The notes under the pieces are model-generated. The model saw only the letters and a list, made by a program, of their open reading frames with translations. It searched no databases and was not told the origin of the DNA. Of a DNA stretch of 58,362 nucleotides, positions 56,822 through 58,362 are shown in pieces. This DNA comes from Dudresnaya verticillata (Eukaryota): NCBI GenBank assembly GCA_977862235.1, contig OZ374561.1, positions 2,480,001-2,538,362 of the forward strand, given 5' to 3'. Every line of letters begins with the position of its first letter. Position 1 is the first letter of the stretch. The position numbers and the translations under genes are program-made.

Positions 56822-57081
56822 AACCCTAATACCCCTAACCCATACCCACACCAAAACCCCTAGCCCCTAACCCCTAACACCCTAACACCCCAACACCCTA
56901 ACACCCTAACATCCAAACACCCTAAACCCCTAAACGTAAACCGAAACACCCCAACACACACCTAGCCCCAACCAACCCAAACCCCTAAACCAAAACCCCT
57001 AACCTAACCAAAACCCCCAACCAAAACCCCCAAACCCCCAAACCCCCAAAAAACATAACCCCCAAACTCCACCAAACCCCA
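56822..57081 (+). repeat. Degenerate telomere-like tract, IGS copy 7
   Basis: Copy of 404-663. Confidence 0.8.
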
Positions 57082-57915
57082 AGTGGCTTACACCATGATT
57101 GTGCTTACAGTAAACGATTGCTTACAGTACAACCGTCACAGACATCAGCACCCAGAAACAGAATGCCTCCAGTGAGCGCCGCCGCAAATTACCCATCCCA
57201 TTCCAGACACCAGATGCTCAATCGAGCTGTGGCCGTTCCAAGGTACGAAGTATGAACTACAACTTGAAGCTAAAACAATCAAGTCACAATCCAAACCACA
57301 ACCTCCAGAACAGTCCAAGCAAACATAATATAATATATGTAGTAAAGAAACATTCCAACATTTCAACCAAACCAAAAACACACACAACGCAGAATAAGAA
57401 TTAGCACAGACACAAGTTCAAATGAACCAAGTTCACTCTAACTCTTAAGTTGCTGCAGTAAAGAGACCAAGTCAAACGACTAAGTCAAAATACGTCAAGT
57501 CAAAATAAGTCAAATCCAAACCCCTCCAAAGGTACAGGACTTGTAAGAAAACAACCCAATCTTGAAGAGAATAGAACAACGTAAGGAAACAAGTCAATTC
57601 ACAAGAAAAATCAGAGTCATAAGCAAACAAAAGCAAACAAGTCAACCCATAAGAAAAATTGTAATCGTAAGAAAACAAGTCAATTCAGAAGACAACTCAA
57701 AGTCTTCATAAAACAACCCAATTCATAAGAGATACAATGCAAAAGTATATATTCCTGCGTGCAGTGGAGAGAAGTACTTAGGGAAATGGGCCCCGCGAAC
57801 GAAAACGCGAACTTCTACTCAGACACAAACACAACCAAAAGTTTTGTAAGACAAAAAGCCCATATCAAAAGATATAAAAAATGTGCTATGTATACTCAAA
57901 ATGGTATACAAAAAC

Positions 57916-58188
57916 ACGAATCGAAAGAACAACAGATATGCTCAGCCAATCGTAACAACAAAGGCTACTCGAGAGCTTACACACTCTGGTTCCAACCCGG
58001 TCATCTGCAAGTGATTCGATCTCTGTACTGCGAACAAGAAGTATAGAATGGTGCTGGCCTTTCGGCTATGCGGACACGTCCGGCATGACAGAGACACGAA
58101 GTCGTCGCTGAGCAGAACCGATCCAGGCTTAGACTCTCTCAGCCTTTCTGATCATTCAGACGGTAGCATCGCAGCACTGCAGGCTCCT
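57916..58188 (-). pseudogene. 5'-truncated 28S fragment (only the last ~273 nt), cut off by telomeric repeats
   Basis: Matches 1498-1770; the expected continuation GCAGCTGCATG is replaced by AAACCCCTAAA. Confidence 0.95.
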
Positions 58189-58362
58189 AAACCCCTAAAC
58201 CCTAAAACCCCTAAACCCCTAAACCCCTAAAACCCCTAAACCCCTAAACCCTAAACCCCTAAACCCCTAAACCCTAAACCCCTAAACCCCTAAACCCCTA
58301 AACCCCTAAACCCCTAAACCCCTAAACCCCTAAACCCCTAAACCCCTAAACCCCTAAACCCC
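58186..58362 (+). repeat. Telomere-type tandem repeat (CCCCTAAA)n = (TTTAGGGG)n, ~22 units, running off the window end
   Basis: 17 perfect CCCCTAAA units, 4 variants (CCCTAAAA, CCCCTAAAA, CCCTAAA x2) and partial units at both edges; TnAGn form typical of telomerase repeats. Confidence 0.9.

Larger units (their letters stand above)
1..58188 (-). repeat. Tandem rDNA array, 9403-bp unit, 6 complete units + 1770 bp of a seventh
   Basis: CCACATATCTTTAAACTCAG recurs at 1, 9404, 18807, 28210, 37613, 47016, 56419; the ORF track repeats with an exact 9403 offset. Confidence 0.99.

Noticed and set aside
58048..58230. ORF ending PKPLNPKTPKPLNP
   Set aside because: Translation of antisense 28S running into telomeric repeats.
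58186..58362. Simple telomerase-healed chromosome end
   Set aside because: Strand polarity is opposite to that expected for a terminal telomere capping this side of the rDNA.

Overview
The window is a eukaryotic nuclear rDNA (18S-ITS1-5.8S-ITS2-28S) tandem array with an exact 9403-bp period: six complete units plus part of a seventh, all transcribed on the minus strand. The 18S and 5.8S sequences look like those of a florideophyte red alga (recognised from memory, not searched). No credible protein-coding gene, tRNA, linked 5S gene, group I intron or R2-type insertion is visible. The array stops abruptly at 58188, about 270 nt from the 3' end of a 28S copy and at the tip of a palindromic hairpin just downstream of the sarcin-ricin loop. 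There it joins, through a 3-bp CCT overlap, about 22 copies of a telomere-type repeat (CCCCTAAA = TTTAGGGG). The polarity is opposite to ordinary telomerase healing: the G-rich strand runs 5'->3' into the rDNA, as if rDNA had been copied onto or fused to a telomere end. Every intergenic spacer also carries a degenerate tract of similar repeats in the same orientation. By eye the units differ at only about six sites. These include a hairpin-loop micro-inversion shared by the last three spacers and a substitution at the putative Pol I +1 base in unit 4.
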